DNA of 64,000 nucleotides from an uncultured delta proteobacterium (GTDB lineage: Bacteria > Myxococcota_A > UBA9160 > UBA4427): NCBI GenBank assembly GCA_963822965.1, contig CAWGJT010000010.1:992001-1056000 (forward strand), in the 5' to 3' direction. Each line of letters begins with the position of its first letter. The first letter of the stretch is position 1. Below are positions 53,034 to 62,282 of the stretch, in pieces. The position numbers and the translations under genes were made by a program. The notes beneath the pieces were generated by a model, which saw nothing but the letters and a program-made list of their open reading frames with translations, searched no databases and was not told the DNA's origin.

Positions 53034-53233
53034 GGCGGCGAAGATAACCCGCCGACGCACGCATCGCTCGCCCCGGCCCTCCCGACGGGCCCTCGCCGCG
53101 TCCGCTCACCGTGGCGAAGCCCGGACCACCCTCCTCGCCGCGCGGATGTGTCGCGCGCCACGCGCGAAGGGTGCGCCGCCTCACGAAGATGCGGCTCCTG
53201 CCGACCGATACGCGAGGACGGGAGGTAGTCCCC

Positions 53234-53563
53234 ATGCGATACGGACTCCTCGCACTCGCCGTCGCCGCCCTCGGCATCGCGCTGTACCAGGGCTGGCTCA
53301 CGCGGGTCTATGACCACGCGACCACGGCAGCGCTGACCGAAGACGCGCGTCTCGCGATCGACGTCCGCTGCCGGGGAAGGGAAGATCGCGCGGCCCGCGA
53401 GTGCCGCACCATGCTGAAGAAGGTCTTCCTCTCCGGCTCGCTCGAGCCGGACAAGGTCCTGCGCGCCTACTGCGAGTCGGTCAAGGACGCGCCCTGGGGT
53501 GGCAGTCCGCCCGCGCCGCCGGAGCTCTGCGTCCGGCGCTACGGCGGCTGGCCAAAAGGCTGA
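53234..53563 (+). CDS. Small exported Cys-containing hypothetical protein
   Basis: GGAGG RBS; hydrophobic N-terminus; four Cys. Confidence 0.6.
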   Translation: MRYGLLALAVAALGIALYQGWLTRVYDHATTAALTEDARLAIDVRCRGREDRAARECRTMLKKVFLSGSLEPDKVLRAYCESVKDAPWGGSPPAPPELCVRRYGGWPKG

Positions 53564-53662
53564 GCGACGGCGACGCGAAGCGCCTTTGCCCCGGCCAGAC
53601 CCACTCCCGGCGCCCAGGGAATCCGCTGCGCTCGTGAGATCGCGAGCGCCGAAACGCCTTCC

Positions 53663-53739
53663 TGGCGCCCCCGACAGGACTCGAACCTGTGACCTCCGGT
53701 TTAGGAAACCGCTGCTCTATCCACCTGAGCTACGGGGGC
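53663..53739 (-). tRNA. tRNA-Arg (anticodon CCT)
   Basis: Minus strand GCCCCCGTAGCTCAGGTGGATAGAGCAGCGGTTTCCTAAACCGGAGGTCACAGGTTCGAGTCCTGTCGGGGGCGCCA: cloverleaf, TTCGA T-loop, encoded CCA. Confidence 0.97.
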
Positions 53740-53785
53740 GGCGGGGCGTAAGCTAGCGGATCGACTGTCGATTCAACACGTGGAG

Positions 53786-54643
53786 TCAGTCTCGGTGCAG
53801 CTCGATCCCGAGCTGCACCGAGAGGGACTCCTGCGGCTTTGCCTTCGAGCGGCGGCGGTGCGCGTAGCGGAAGTGCTCGTCGAAGAGCGGGACGTTGACC
53901 TCGATCCGGTTGGGGTCGCCGAAGTATCGGGTGTAGACCGTCCGCAGCCCGAGCGAGACGCCGCCGAGCAGGTCGACGTCGAGGGGTGCCGTCAGCTCGA
54001 AGCCCGATCGGAGGCCAGGGAACCACCTCCGATCGATCGTGGTGCCGTTGGGGAGTGCGAGACCGTAGGAGCGGAGGAGGTGCCGATACTCGCTGCAGTC
54101 CGGGCCCAGGAAGGCTCGGAGCCGAAGTCCGTCGAAGAGCGCGCCGAGCCCGATCTCTCCGCCGAGCTCGAGGCCGACGGACCGGAGCAGCGTTCGCTCC
54201 ACGTCGCTGCGGTAGGAGATCGAATCCATGACCACTGCGGGGTCCGACTTCTCGCTGTCGTGCCCCACGATCTCGCGGTACGCGAGGGCGACGGTCGGTC
54301 TCACCCCGTACCACTCCGTCACCATCGTGTAGCGCGCGACTGCCTCGAGCTGGCCGGTGGCCGCTGCACCGTTCACGCCGGTCGAGCCGATGGGCTCTCC
54401 GACGATCTCACCCGTCCCCAATTGCCGCAGAGCGTACGCCTTGACCTGCGCGTGGTCCCACCAGCCCGAATAGCCTCCGTACAACGCGATCGAGGCTCCG
54501 CCCGGGTCGGCCGCCGCAGACGGCGTCGGCGCTGCGGCCACCCCGGCTACCAGGACTGCGAGAATCAGCTTCCACGGGTGCGATTCCGGCACGACGTCCC
54601 CTTGGCGCGAGAGCTCTCCTCCGGCACGGTCGGTTCTCCGCAC
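53786..54643 (-). CDS. Exported hypothetical protein, possibly an outer-membrane beta-barrel; start uncertain
   Basis: Signal peptide (WKLILAVLVAGVAAA), alternating beta-strand pattern, C-terminal LSVQLGIELH. Confidence 0.5.
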   Translation of the reverse strand: MRRTDRAGGELSRQGDVVPESHPWKLILAVLVAGVAAAPTPSAAADPGGASIALYGGYSGWWDHAQVKAYALRQLGTGEIVGEPIGSTGVNGAAATGQLEAVARYTMVTEWYGVRPTVALAYREIVGHDSEKSDPAVVMDSISYRSDVERTLLRSVGLELGGEIGLGALFDGLRLRAFLGPDCSEYRHLLRSYGLALPNGTTIDRRWFPGLRSGFELTAPLDVDLLGGVSLGLRTVYTRYFGDPNRIEVNVPLFDEHFRYAHRRRSKAKPQESLSVQLGIELHRD

Positions 54644-54734
54644 GGGGGGGACTGCCCGGCAGGGGCCAGCATACCCCGAATGCGATCAGGTAACTCGGTC
54701 CGGGCCTCTCGAGCGCTCATGTCCGGCGTGCGAA

Positions 54735-56150
54735 TCAGCGCTCGTAGCCCAGGGCTCGCAGCTGCTCGCGCGTGTCTTCGGAGATCGGCGGAGGTGCGAC
54801 CGTGTCGGCTGCGATGGCTCGCTGCTGTTGGACCAGCGCCTGCAGCCGGTCGTAGGCTTCGCGATGCTCGGTCGGCGCGATGGGATGCAGCTCGCCCGGG
54901 TCCTTGTCGACGTCGAAGAGGACGGTGCCGCTCGCGCCTTCCAGCAGCTTCAGGGAGCCCGCATACGCACCCGCGTCGTAGTCGTCGGGGTCGAGCCGGT
55001 CGCGGGCCGCGTCGAGCAGGGCCTGGCGGAAGGGCGGTCGATCCTCGTGCGGCCGGTCCCAGCGCTGGACCCCGTAGGACCGCGGCGCGAGTGGCTCACC
55101 GCGGAGCGCGGGCACGAGACTGCGGCCCGCGATGTCCTCCGGCACCGGCAGGCCGGCCAGGTCGAGCAAGGTGGGCGCCAGGTCGACGAGTCCGACGCGG
55201 TCCTCGACGCGGTGGGGGAGCGGATGGCGTCCGTCCCAGACGACGAGCGGGACGTGCAGCTCCGAGTGCCAGAGCGTTCCGTGGCCCGGATGGTCGTGCT
55301 CGCCGAGAGCCTGGCCGTGGTCGGCGGCCAGCACGACGACGGTGTCGTCCTGCAGGCCCGCGGCACGAAGTCCGTCGAGGAGCGTGCCGAGACTCCGGTC
55401 GGCCCGGTGAACCATGCCGTCGTAGCGCGTGACGATGGCGCGCGTGTCTTCGGGGTCTCCGATCCAGGCGCCGAGCCCGAAGGGGCCCACCCCCACCTCG
55501 CCGGCGATCGGACCCCGGTAGTCACCGAGCCGCTTCTGGGCCCAGGGGGTGAGTGGATACGGGGCGTGCGCGTCGTAGTAGTGCACCCAGACGAAGAACG
55601 GCGCCTGGCCGTCGCCTGCCTCCTCCAGCCAGCGGAGGGCCTCTTGTGTGGTCTCGGCGGCGCTCCGGCGCCGAGGCGGCCGATCAGCCACCTCGAAGCC
55701 GCGCTGCAGCCCGCTGCGATCGAGCAGGAAGCCGACGCTCACGAAGGCGGCCGTGCGATAGCCGGCGCTTCGAAGCCGTTGGGTCACCGTGGCGATCGAC
55801 GCGGGCAGGGCGTCGAAGTTGGTGCGGACGCCGTGCCGGGCCGGCTCCAGCCCGGTGAGCATCGAGGTGTGGGCGGGCCTGGTCGTCGCGCACGGCGCGA
55901 CGGCGCGGAGGAACGCGGTGCCCTCCCGCGCCAGGCGGTCGGCCCGCGGCGTGACGCGCCCGCGGCCTTCCCACAACTCGAAGCGATCGGCGCGCGTGGT
56001 GTCGAGCGTGACGAGCAGCAGGTTCGGCGGCGCCTCCCTGGCGGGCGCTCGATCGCCGCACGCCAACAGGCTGGCGAGCGCGAGCCCGAAGAAGGTGCCG
56101 AAACGAAGAGCCCGCCGGCCGCGTGTGAGCGGGCTCGTGCACGCCGTCAT
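54735..56150 (-). CDS. Sulfatase-like (alkaline phosphatase superfamily) lipoprotein
   Basis: LLAC lipobox, LVTLDTTRAD, TRPAHTSMLTG, WVHYYDAHAPY, ADHG, DLAPT, LRALGY; AGGAGG RBS before ATG 56150. Confidence 0.9.
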   Translation of the reverse strand: MTACTSPLTRGRRALRFGTFFGLALASLLACGDRAPAREAPPNLLLVTLDTTRADRFELWEGRGRVTPRADRLAREGTAFLRAVAPCATTRPAHTSMLTGLEPARHGVRTNFDALPASIATVTQRLRSAGYRTAAFVSVGFLLDRSGLQRGFEVADRPPRRRSAAETTQEALRWLEEAGDGQAPFFVWVHYYDAHAPYPLTPWAQKRLGDYRGPIAGEVGVGPFGLGAWIGDPEDTRAIVTRYDGMVHRADRSLGTLLDGLRAAGLQDDTVVVLAADHGQALGEHDHPGHGTLWHSELHVPLVVWDGRHPLPHRVEDRVGLVDLAPTLLDLAGLPVPEDIAGRSLVPALRGEPLAPRSYGVQRWDRPHEDRPPFRQALLDAARDRLDPDDYDAGAYAGSLKLLEGASGTVLFDVDKDPGELHPIAPTEHREAYDRLQALVQQQRAIAADTVAPPPISEDTREQLRALGYER

Positions 56151-56236
56151 CGCGCACCTCCTGGGACAGGACACTAGCGCCAGGACGCTGCCCGAATCGG
56201 GTCGTTACAGCCAGGCTCGTTCCGACGCTCCGGCGC

Positions 56237-56689
56237 TCAGAACCCCAGCAGGCGGGAGAGCACCCTGCGGTCGTTGACGGTGACGACGACGTGTGCGGTG
56301 CCGCGGGCCGTGCCCAGGAGCTTCACTTCCTCGCCGTAGAGCTGATAGTCGCCGGCCTGGGTCGGATAGAACGAGAAGTAGCGCTTCTTGTGGGCGAGGA
56401 GCTCGGTCTCGTCGACGACCGGCGCGCCATCCGGGTCGAGCAGGCGATAGTGGATCGAGAGGCCCCGGGTCTCGCCCCGCACGGTCTTGCGGGTGGTGAT
56501 CTTCACCAGGTGCTTCTCGCCGGGGCGCGTGATGGCCAGGACTTCCGGGCTCGACCCCTCGCGCAGGCTCAGGCTGCAGGACGCCACCGTGTCTCCGCGC
56601 AGGGCGACGGAATCGACGAGCGCCAGGGCCAGCACGACGCCTCCCAGCACCATGCCCCAGGTCTTGATCTTCGGATCGTTGGGATCCAT
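56237..56689 (-). CDS. Hypothetical membrane-anchored protein
   Basis: GGAGG RBS; N-terminal TM, beta-rich body. Confidence 0.65.
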   Translation of the reverse strand: MDPNDPKIKTWGMVLGGVVLALALVDSVALRGDTVASCSLSLREGSSPEVLAITRPGEKHLVKITTRKTVRGETRGLSIHYRLLDPDGAPVVDETELLAHKKRYFSFYPTQAGDYQLYGEEVKLLGTARGTAHVVVTVNDRRVLSRLLGF

Positions 56690-56980
56690 GCGAGCCTCCC
56701 GACGGGCCCGTGTGGCGCTCGGGCCTCCGAGGCTCTTCGACCCCCCTGGCGACACGCTTGAGCGATCGGCCGCCCCTGGCGGCGGCCGAGAATCGCAGTC
56801 TTTGCCGCGTTCGCCGGGTCGCCGGGCCCCGGTCCTCGCGGCGCCCGGGGCGCAATGTCACAGCGTTGGAGCAGAGCGACGCTGAGCTCGTGGCGCCCCG
56901 ATCGAACCGCGTGATGCCACACTCTGTGGCGTTGTGCGGTGCCCAGGAGGAGCCATCCTCATGCAGGAAGGAGGTGGGGT

Positions 56981-57412
56981 ATGTCGATCGGCAAGATCCT
57001 GGTGCTGACGGACTTCTCGCCGTGCTCCGACCGTGCCTTGGGGCTCGCTCTGGAGATGGCGCGTGGGATGGGTGCACACCTGGAGGTCGTCCATTGCTTC
57101 GCGGAGGTGCCGGGCGGACGTGCTCCGGTGGGCTCGGCGGGCCTCGACCCCGCGCTGCGCGAGAATGCGCTGGCGCGCATGAAGGAGCAGGTGGATCGCT
57201 TCGACGCGGAGGGGGTCTCCCTCGAGCTGGACGCACACCCCGGGCTCTACGCGGCGACGGCGATCCTGGACGCGGCTCGCAAGGCGACGCCGGACCTCAT
57301 CGTCGTGGGCACCCACGGCCGGACCGGGCTGAAGCACGCGCTGCTCGGCAGCGTCGCCGAGCAGGTCGTTCACGAAGCCCCCTGCCCGGTGGTGGTCGTA
57401 AAGGCGTCGTGA
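56981..57412 (+). CDS. Universal stress protein (UspA family)
   Basis: KILVLTDFS, DLIVVGTHGRTG, LLGSVAEQVV, PCPVVVV; AAGGAGGT RBS. Confidence 0.94.
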   Translation: MSIGKILVLTDFSPCSDRALGLALEMARGMGAHLEVVHCFAEVPGGRAPVGSAGLDPALRENALARMKEQVDRFDAEGVSLELDAHPGLYAATAILDAARKATPDLIVVGTHGRTGLKHALLGSVAEQVVHEAPCPVVVVKAS

Positions 57413-57436
57413 TGCCCCGCCAGGGCGCCGCGGTCT

Positions 57437-57520
57437 AGAGCCTTCAGCTGGACACGTGCGGTAGCACGTGGTCCGTGAAGAGCCTTCAGCCCGCCACGTG
57501 CGGCAGCACGTGGTCCGTGA
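57437..57520 (-). repeat. Diverged ~42-bp tandem duplication of the LLM gene 3' end including the stop
   Basis: Plus strand AGAGCCTTCAGCTGGACACGTGCGGTAGCACGTGGTCCGTGA then AGAGCCTTCAGCCGCCACGTGCGGCAGCACGTGGTCCGTGAA. Confidence 0.88.
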
Positions 57521-58475
57521 ACAGCCCGAAGGTCTTCTCGCTGAGCGGCGAGAGCAGCAGGTAGCCCATGGGCACCTCCTCCTCGAGTCGCTTCAGCTCG
57601 TCCACCACGCGCTCGGGGCTGCCGTGGATGACGACGTCCCGCAGGTAGTGCTCGACCGGATCGATCTCCTCGCCGCCCGGGCGGAACTGGGCCAGGGCCT
57701 GCTTCGAGATGTAGGCCCCGGCCGTCCACTGGGCGCCTCGCCGCGCGATGGCTTCGGCCTCGGCGTCGGTGGGTGCGACCGCCACCAGCCGGCCCATGGG
57801 AATCTGGCGACCGGTCGTCTCGTGGCCCGCCGCGGCCAGGCCTTCGTGGTAGCGCGCGAGCTTGCGGGCGATCTCGTGGTGGGGCGAGTGCGGATCCATC
57901 AGGATCGACAGGCCGCGGCCCGAGGCCCAGTCGATGGCCCCTTCGGAGGTTGCCGCTACCCAGGTGGGCGGATACGGCTGCTGCAGCGGCTTGGGCAGCA
58001 CCTCGACGCCCTGGTACTGGTGGAAGCGGCCGTCGAAGTCGAGCTTCTCGTTCGACCAGGCCGCCAGCACGATCTCCACCGCCTCGCGGAAGCGCTCGCT
58101 GCTCTCCTCGGGCGGCACGCCGAAGACGTTCATCTCGCGTGGATCGAATCCCCGCCCGGCCCCCCAGTTGATGCGACCGCCCGTCAGCACGTCGAGGAGC
58201 GCCACCTCCTCGGCGATCCGCAGCGGATGGTAGAAGGCGGCCAGGGTGACGGCGGTGCCGATGCGCAGGTTGCGGGTGCGGGCTGCCACGTGGGCCGCCA
58301 TCACGTGCACCGAGGGACACACGCTGTAGCCGGTGAAGTGATGCTCGGCGAGCCAGACCGCGTCGTAGCCCGACTGGTCCATCACGTCGATGCGCTCGAG
58401 GGCGCGGTCGTAGACGTCCACGAGCGGAACGCTGCGGTCCCGCCAGCCGAAGAACTGGAGCACACCGATCTTCAT
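57486..58475 (-). CDS. LLM class flavin-dependent oxidoreductase (luciferase-like)
   Basis: GYDAVWLAEHHF, RIGTAV, HPLRIAEE, GAGRG, PKPLQQPYPP; TATGCT-N7-ATG. Confidence 0.93.
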   Translation of the reverse strand: MKIGVLQFFGWRDRSVPLVDVYDRALERIDVMDQSGYDAVWLAEHHFTGYSVCPSVHVMAAHVAARTRNLRIGTAVTLAAFYHPLRIAEEVALLDVLTGGRINWGAGRGFDPREMNVFGVPPEESSERFREAVEIVLAAWSNEKLDFDGRFHQYQGVEVLPKPLQQPYPPTWVAATSEGAIDWASGRGLSILMDPHSPHHEIARKLARYHEGLAAAGHETTGRQIPMGRLVAVAPTDAEAEAIARRGAQWTAGAYISKQALAQFRPGGEEIDPVEHYLRDVVIHGSPERVVDELKRLEEEVPMGYLLLSPLSEKTFGLFTDHVLPHVAG

Positions 58476-58569
58476 CCGGGCGAGCATAGAGCCCATCTCA
58501 CGAACCCGCTCGGTCGGGGTTCGTGAGATGGGCTCTGGCGTCTGTGGCTGCGCCGTGGACAGCGCGCCG

Positions 58570-61500
58570 TCACGGGCCCGGCGCGACGGGCGCAGGGCTG
58601 CACCACCCCCGCCGCACGTCCCGGGGACGGCAGGGCAGCACGCGGACGGCGTCGCAGCTGCGGAACCAGGCGCCGTCGATCTCTCCCTCCACGCAGGCTC
58701 GGTGCAACCCCGGCTCGAGCCCGGTCTGCCCCGCGTCGTAGAAGACGAGCCGGTCCTCCAGACCGTCGCGGTTCCAGTCATGGAAGCGGTCCGGCGGATC
58801 GGAGAGAGCCGGAGCGCCACCCGGTCCGAAGCGGGTGGTGGCCAGGTCGATGCGCCCGGGGTCCACGTCGAGGGCGCCCCAGAAGACGACGGGCACGGGC
58901 CGGCTGCTGCCGGCGCGCACCCGCCCGCGATAGACGTCGCTGGCGACCGCGGGTCCGGCGATCTCCGAGCGGCCGCTCGGCGCGTGACAGTCCGGATCCG
59001 CCGGATAGTCGGCAACGCCGTCCCCGTCGTTGTCGAGGCCGTCGCTGCACGCGCCCGGGAGACTGCCCGGGGCGTCGGGGTCGGTGAGGAGTGCGCGCTC
59101 GTCGCCGTCCCGCCAGCCGTCGTCGTCCCGGTCGATGCCCATGCGCGGCCCCGAGCCCGGGGGCTCGCAGGTGAACGTGAGCGCCTGCCCCGGCTGCTCC
59201 GCCAGGGCGCGCAGATCCGCGTCGAGCATCGGTGTGTCGGCCTCGCGGTCGGGCACGAAGCGTGACGAGGCCGGGTCGTACCACCAGCCGCGTGCCTCGC
59301 CCGCGACGACGCCGCTCACCACCACGTCGCAGGACATGGGGCCGGGATTGCCGGGAATGATCCAGGGCGTCGCCGCCTGCTGGAGCAGCAGGTCGATGCG
59401 CTGGTCGACGGCCGGCGGGCTGCCGGCCTGCCGCGTGATCTGCTGCCCCACGATGGGCGCGAGGTTGGAGGGGAACGCGAGGACGAAGTCCTCCACCTCC
59501 TCCTGCTGGGCCATGCCCAGGGGAAACTCGAAGCCCGCGGCGCCGAAGAAGGTGCGCACCCCGCCCAGGCTGCCGTGATGGCCGAGCCCGAAGCCGCGGA
59601 TCTGGTCGCCCAGGGTGTCGTTCTCGTCCTGCCGGCGTCCCACGAACCCGAAGGCTCCCACCTTCTCGTAGACGTTGCGGATCTGCGGAATCTTGACGTC
59701 GCCCGGGTCGAAGACCGTGAGCCCGCTGGCGCCGAAGTGCCCCAGCGACTCGTCGAGGTCGTGGCACGAGTCGCAGGTGAAGAAGTCGTCCACCGTGCGC
59801 ACCTGGAAGAAGGTGCGCCGGCCCGAAGCCAGACGACCCGCGTCGCGGTTGTCCAGGGCGCGAACCGGATTCGGGGGCATGAAGATCGTCAGCGCGAACT
59901 CCGCGAACTGCTGCATCTGGGCCTCGGGGATCGGCCCGGCGTCCCGCCCCAGCAGGCTCTCGAAGGCGCCGTTGAAGGCGCGGAATCCCGCCTCCTCGTC
60001 GAAGGCGTCACCGCTCGTCGGGTCGTTGGCGCCCGTCCGGTCGCCCCGCCAGTGCATGGGGCCGTGGTTGCGCATGCCCCGCAAGGTCTGAGTCGTCATC
60101 GGCCCCTTGAGCGGATGCACCAGCGAGCTCGGCTGGGTGTTGCCCAGGAAGGGATTCGGGTTCGGCTGCGCGACCGCGGACGGATTGCCGAGGTTCCACG
60201 CCAGGTCGTCCATGTCGCCCAGCACGTGGCAGGCCGAGCACGAGGCCTCGCCGTTGCTCGACGCGAAGCGGGCGTCGTAGAGGAAGCGGCGCCCCTCGCG
60301 CACCACCGCGGGCTCGGGGTCGGCCAGCGGCACGGCGGCGATCTCCCGGCGCGCCTTCGGGTCGACGATCGAGATGGCGTTGGCGAGGCGCGTGTAGACG
60401 TAGATGCGACCGCGCCGGTCGTCCACCACGAGCCCGGCGGGCCCGTCCCCGGAAAGCTCCACGTGGTCGGCCGGGTCGGGCTCGAAGCGGTCGTCGTCCA
60501 GGGCGGCGACGTCGAAGATGCCGAGCTTCCGGGAGCCGAAGGCCGCCAGGTAGAGCTTCCGGCCGTTGCGCGAGAAGGCCATCTCGTGGGGGGTCGCCAG
60601 GCTCCGGTCCGCGGCGCCGGCGGGCTGGGGAAACGCGTCGTAGTCGATGTGCTTGTTGAGGTGCCGCGGGGTGACGGTACCGTCCGGATCGAGCCGCGTG
60701 ATGCGCGCTTCGTGCAGGTGACCGCGCACGCTGGTCGTCCCCTCCCCGGGTCCTTCGAAGCGCACGTGGTTGTTGGCGGCGGTATTGGCCACGTAGACGC
60801 TGCCGCTCGGGTGCACGGCCATGTTGAAGAGGATCGTGCCCACGCCCGCGAAGGCCTGCACCTCGACGGGCGGGTCGGCCAGGGCGTCGATGGCGAAGAC
60901 GTCGAGGTCGGGCAGGCGGAAGGGCACGGCGCCGTTCCAGTTGCGCCCGATGGCGTCGCGCCAGACGTCGGCGGCGGCGTCGTACTTCAGGATGAGGCCC
61001 ACCTCAGGCGCGGGGTTGCCGGCCGGGTCGACGTTCGGGCCCGGGACGCCCCCCGGCAGCACCGGCGGTGAGCCGATCCCGATCTCGCCCTCCGCCGGCG
61101 GATCGTCGGCGCCGGCCGTCTGCCAGGTGCAGGGACCGCGATCCTCGCCTCCGTCGCAGACCGACTGGGGATTCACGGTGGTGGTGCGGCTGCCGGAATG
61201 GAAGATGCCGACGTAGACGCGGCTGCCGTCCGGGCTCGCCGCCAGCGGCCGGGGCTTGTCGCCGAACACGGTGACGATCGTCTCCGGCCGGCCGAAGGCC
61301 TCTTCGCCCAGGTCCGACGTATCGAAGACCCACACGTCCGCCCGCCCGAGGCCCGGGGTCTTGAGCTCGGCGTTGGCGTTCTGGGGATGGTTCTGGCCCC
61401 GGCGCGCGGCGCTCACGAAGGCGCGCTCGAACGGGCCGCGGCGGTGCCGACGCGGGCCGGCGAAGACCACGTCCCAGGGCGCGTCTCCCACCAGCAGGGT

Positions 61501-61860
61501 GCGGACGACGCGCGGCGGCGAAGCACCGACGTCGACCACGCTCACGCTGTCGGACAGGTGATTGACCACCCACACCTCGTCGTCGGTCCGGGCAGCCACC
61601 GCCACCGGCTCGAGCCCCACGCGCAGGGACGCGCGGTGGTGGAGCCCTTCCGCCAGGACGTCGAAGATCTCGAGGCGCCCGTCCGGCGTGTTGACCGCGA
61701 AGAGCGTGCGGCCGTCCGGCGACAGCGCCAGGGGCCGTACGGGGACGGTCTCGAAGTTGGTGTAGGTCGCCGAGGCCTGGACGGAGACCAGGCCGAACGC
61801 GAGAAGCGAGGCCGCCGCAGTCAACCAACGAGCAGGAACGCGAGCCATGGACCGAGTCAT
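58570..61860 (-). CDS. Secreted YVTN-type beta-propeller + di-heme cytochrome c (bCcP/MauG-like) protein
   Basis: Signal peptide; propeller repeats (ALSPDG, VGLEPVAVA, VVNHLSDSVSVVD); CSACH and CDSCH; KGPMTTQTLRG, PMHWRGDR; C-terminal Asp-rich DxDxDG motifs. Confidence 0.85.
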   Translation of the reverse strand: MTRSMARVPARWLTAAASLLAFGLVSVQASATYTNFETVPVRPLALSPDGRTLFAVNTPDGRLEIFDVLAEGLHHRASLRVGLEPVAVAARTDDEVWVVNHLSDSVSVVDVGASPPRVVRTLLVGDAPWDVVFAGPRRHRRGPFERAFVSAARRGQNHPQNANAELKTPGLGRADVWVFDTSDLGEEAFGRPETIVTVFGDKPRPLAASPDGSRVYVGIFHSGSRTTTVNPQSVCDGGEDRGPCTWQTAGADDPPAEGEIGIGSPPVLPGGVPGPNVDPAGNPAPEVGLILKYDAAADVWRDAIGRNWNGAVPFRLPDLDVFAIDALADPPVEVQAFAGVGTILFNMAVHPSGSVYVANTAANNHVRFEGPGEGTTSVRGHLHEARITRLDPDGTVTPRHLNKHIDYDAFPQPAGAADRSLATPHEMAFSRNGRKLYLAAFGSRKLGIFDVAALDDDRFEPDPADHVELSGDGPAGLVVDDRRGRIYVYTRLANAISIVDPKARREIAAVPLADPEPAVVREGRRFLYDARFASSNGEASCSACHVLGDMDDLAWNLGNPSAVAQPNPNPFLGNTQPSSLVHPLKGPMTTQTLRGMRNHGPMHWRGDRTGANDPTSGDAFDEEAGFRAFNGAFESLLGRDAGPIPEAQMQQFAEFALTIFMPPNPVRALDNRDAGRLASGRRTFFQVRTVDDFFTCDSCHDLDESLGHFGASGLTVFDPGDVKIPQIRNVYEKVGAFGFVGRRQDENDTLGDQIRGFGLGHHGSLGGVRTFFGAAGFEFPLGMAQQEEVEDFVLAFPSNLAPIVGQQITRQAGSPPAVDQRIDLLLQQAATPWIIPGNPGPMSCDVVVSGVVAGEARGWWYDPASSRFVPDREADTPMLDADLRALAEQPGQALTFTCEPPGSGPRMGIDRDDDGWRDGDERALLTDPDAPGSLPGACSDGLDNDGDGVADYPADPDCHAPSGRSEIAGPAVASDVYRGRVRAGSSRPVPVVFWGALDVDPGRIDLATTRFGPGGAPALSDPPDRFHDWNRDGLEDRLVFYDAGQTGLEPGLHRACVEGEIDGAWFRSCDAVRVLPCRPRDVRRGWCSPAPVAPGP

Positions 61861-61980
61861 CTCCGCAGCAACACCCCAGCCGGTCGCGTGGTCGGAGCTG
61901 CATGATACGCGAGTCGCGCAGGCGAAACGACGAAAAGGGGCGGCCGGAGAGCCGCACCCGGCTTGCCGGGAAGTTGCCGG

Positions 61981-62259
61981 TCAGCCCCCCGCGATCGCCG
62001 GAAATACGTCGATCTCGCTCTCCGCGAAGAGCTTGGTCTCGACGCCGTCGGGGAGGTGGCGGGCGCTCCGCCCGTCCACGAACACGTGCACCCGCCGGGA
62101 CAGGGCGCCCTTCTCGTCGAGCATCATCTCCGCCAGACCGGGCCAGCGCTCCACCAGCAGGGCGACGAGATCGCGCACCCGGGAGCCCTCGGGCAGCGGC
62201 AGATCGACCACCCTCTCGCCCACGATGGGCCGCAGGGTGGCGTAGAGCTTCACGCGCAT
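61981..62259 (-). CDS. moaD: MoaD/ThiS family sulfur carrier
   Basis: MRVKLYATLR...VFVDGR...FPAIAGG C-terminal GG; GGAGGT RBS. Confidence 0.92.
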   Translation of the reverse strand: MRVKLYATLRPIVGERVVDLPLPEGSRVRDLVALLVERWPGLAEMMLDEKGALSRRVHVFVDGRSARHLPDGVETKLFAESEIDVFPAIAGG

Positions 62260-62282
62260 GCGCTCGACCTCCCGGGCGGTGG

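Noticed and set aside
53563..53739. Prophage or integrative element at tRNA-Arg
   Set aside because: No integrase and no duplicated tRNA 3' end seen in the window.
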